From the NCBI GenBank assembly GCA_027030485.1, contig JALVEY010000163.1:1-57075 (forward strand): DNA of 57,075 bases, read 5' to 3'. Shown here piece after piece: positions 55,999 to 57,075 of the stretch. The notes under the pieces are model-generated. The model had not been told where the DNA came from. It did no database searches and saw nothing but the letters and a program-made list of their open reading frames with translations. The translations under genes and the position numbers were made by a program. The DNA is from Persephonella sp. (lineage in GTDB: Bacteria; Aquificota; Aquificia; Aquificales; Hydrogenothermaceae). The first letter of the stretch is position 1. Each line of letters opens with the position of its first letter.

Positions 55999-56477
55999 TC
56001 AGAATTTTTTTATTTTTTGTAGTTTTTGCTCTTGCAAACCTGTCCTGTCAGAGGGAAGAAAAGGCAGAAAAAAAGGATCTGCATAAATACATACTTGTTG
56101 ACAAAAACTCAAATCCAATACCGCTGCCTGAAGATAAACTGATAGTTGTTAATTTTCTGGCATATTCCTGCAGTTCATGTATGAAAGAACTTCCTGTCAT
56201 AAAGAAGGTTCTGAGGGAAAAAGATTATAGAAAAAAATTCAGTTTTATAGGCATAGTTATTGATTCTGACAAAGGGGATTTTTCTGACCCAGATTTTCCT
56301 ATATATCCAGGACACAAACAGAATTTTGTCAGGTTTCCTGTTCCGGGAACGCCGACAACATATATAATAACACCTAAGGGAAAGAAACTGGTAATAATTT
56401 ATGGGGCCGTAAAGGAGGAAAATTTCAGGAGATTTCTTGATGATGCATTAAGAAAAGCTGATAGTTATTTTAAGTAA
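55995..56477 (+). CDS. TlpA-like thioredoxin-fold lipoprotein
   Basis: Lipobox LSC; VNFLAYSCSSCMKELP; GTPTTYII. Confidence 0.8.
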   Translation: MIRIFLFFVVFALANLSCQREEKAEKKDLHKYILVDKNSNPIPLPEDKLIVVNFLAYSCSSCMKELPVIKKVLREKDYRKKFSFIGIVIDSDKGDFSDPDFPIYPGHKQNFVRFPVPGTPTTYIITPKGKKLVIIYGAVKEENFRRFLDDALRKADSYFK

Positions 56478-56494
56478 AACTGCATATCTAAATC

Positions 56495-57075
56495 TTATCT
56501 AAAAGTTTTCTTATCCAGAACAACACTAAAAATAAACAGTAGTAAGAATAAGATCAAAATAATGTGATAATACCTGTTCCAGAATGTCAGGCTGTCGTTT
56601 AGATACACTGTATCAAGTATTATCCCTTTTTCAAAAAGTCCAAGAGAGTAATCAATTTCCCCCACAGGATTAATAACAGCTGAAATTCCTGTATTTGCTG
56701 CCCTTACGAGATATTTTCCATTTTCAATGGCTCTAACCCTTGCCATCTCAAAATGCTGAAAGGGTGCAACTGTTTTTCCAAACCATGCGTCATTTGTTAC
56801 ATTCACAATGATGTTTCCGTGTTTAGAAAAATCTGCAACAAAGACAGGAAATATCACTTCATAACATATCAAAGGAACTATTTTAAACTGATTAAATTCC
56901 AGAAGCTTTTTATCCCTTCCCGGCATGAAATCGTATCCCTGAAGATAAGGAAAAAGAGGTTTAAAAGCCCCAAAAGGAAATGGGACATACTCCCCAAATG
57001 GAACAAGCTTTATTTTGCTGTAGTGATCCAGAATGTTCCCGTTTTTGTCAATTATAAAGATTGAGTTGTGGAGAA
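56495..57075 (-). CDS. lnt: Apolipoprotein N-acyltransferase, 5'-partial
   Basis: Frame stays open to the window edge: KLVPFGEY, ICYE, TNDAWFG, RAIE, ANTGIS. Confidence 0.95.
   Translation of the reverse strand, partial: LHNSIFIIDKNGNILDHYSKIKLVPFGEYVPFPFGAFKPLFPYLQGYDFMPGRDKKLLEFNQFKIVPLICYEVIFPVFVADFSKHGNIIVNVTNDAWFGKTVAPFQHFEMARVRAIENGKYLVRAANTGISAVINPVGEIDYSLGLFEKGIILDTVYLNDSLTFWNRYYHIILILFLLLFIFSVVLDKKTFR

Overview
A gene-dense, AT-rich bacterial chromosome segment. Gene content and protein style (ttuA/ttuB, clade II nosZ, Lys/Glu-rich proteins) suggest a thermophilic Aquificota member, probably Persephonella/Hydrogenothermaceae-like; this is inference. The core backbone comprises bfr, upp, mazG, bioB, surE, pfkA, dnaB, rpsF-ssb-rpsR-rplI, ispE-tRNA-Gln-prs-rplY-pth, carA, tyrA, scpA, lpxK, cnoX, lolA and lnt. 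Accessory or unusual parts: (1) a broken MNT-HEPN pair interrupted by a ~240-nt highly base-paired non-coding element (176-415); (2) a seven-gene wecB-yaiO-GT2-deacetylase operon resembling an uncharacterised synthase-dependent, possibly ManNAc-based, surface glycan system (5369-12903); (3) two divergent Gly-linker lipoproteins with decayed IS1 and IS982 remnants not shown in the ORF track (14039-18232); (4) a 422-aa LAGLIDADG intein in dnaB; (5) a clade II N2O reductase cluster with its own copper supply genes and two identically spaced tandem FNR-type boxes (37693-48336); (6) a ttuB-like sulfur carrier with a masked GG terminus, separated from ttuA by a gene with a sigma28-like promoter. No CRISPR array, rRNA or prophage was seen. 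All family assignments come from motif recognition by eye, not database searches.
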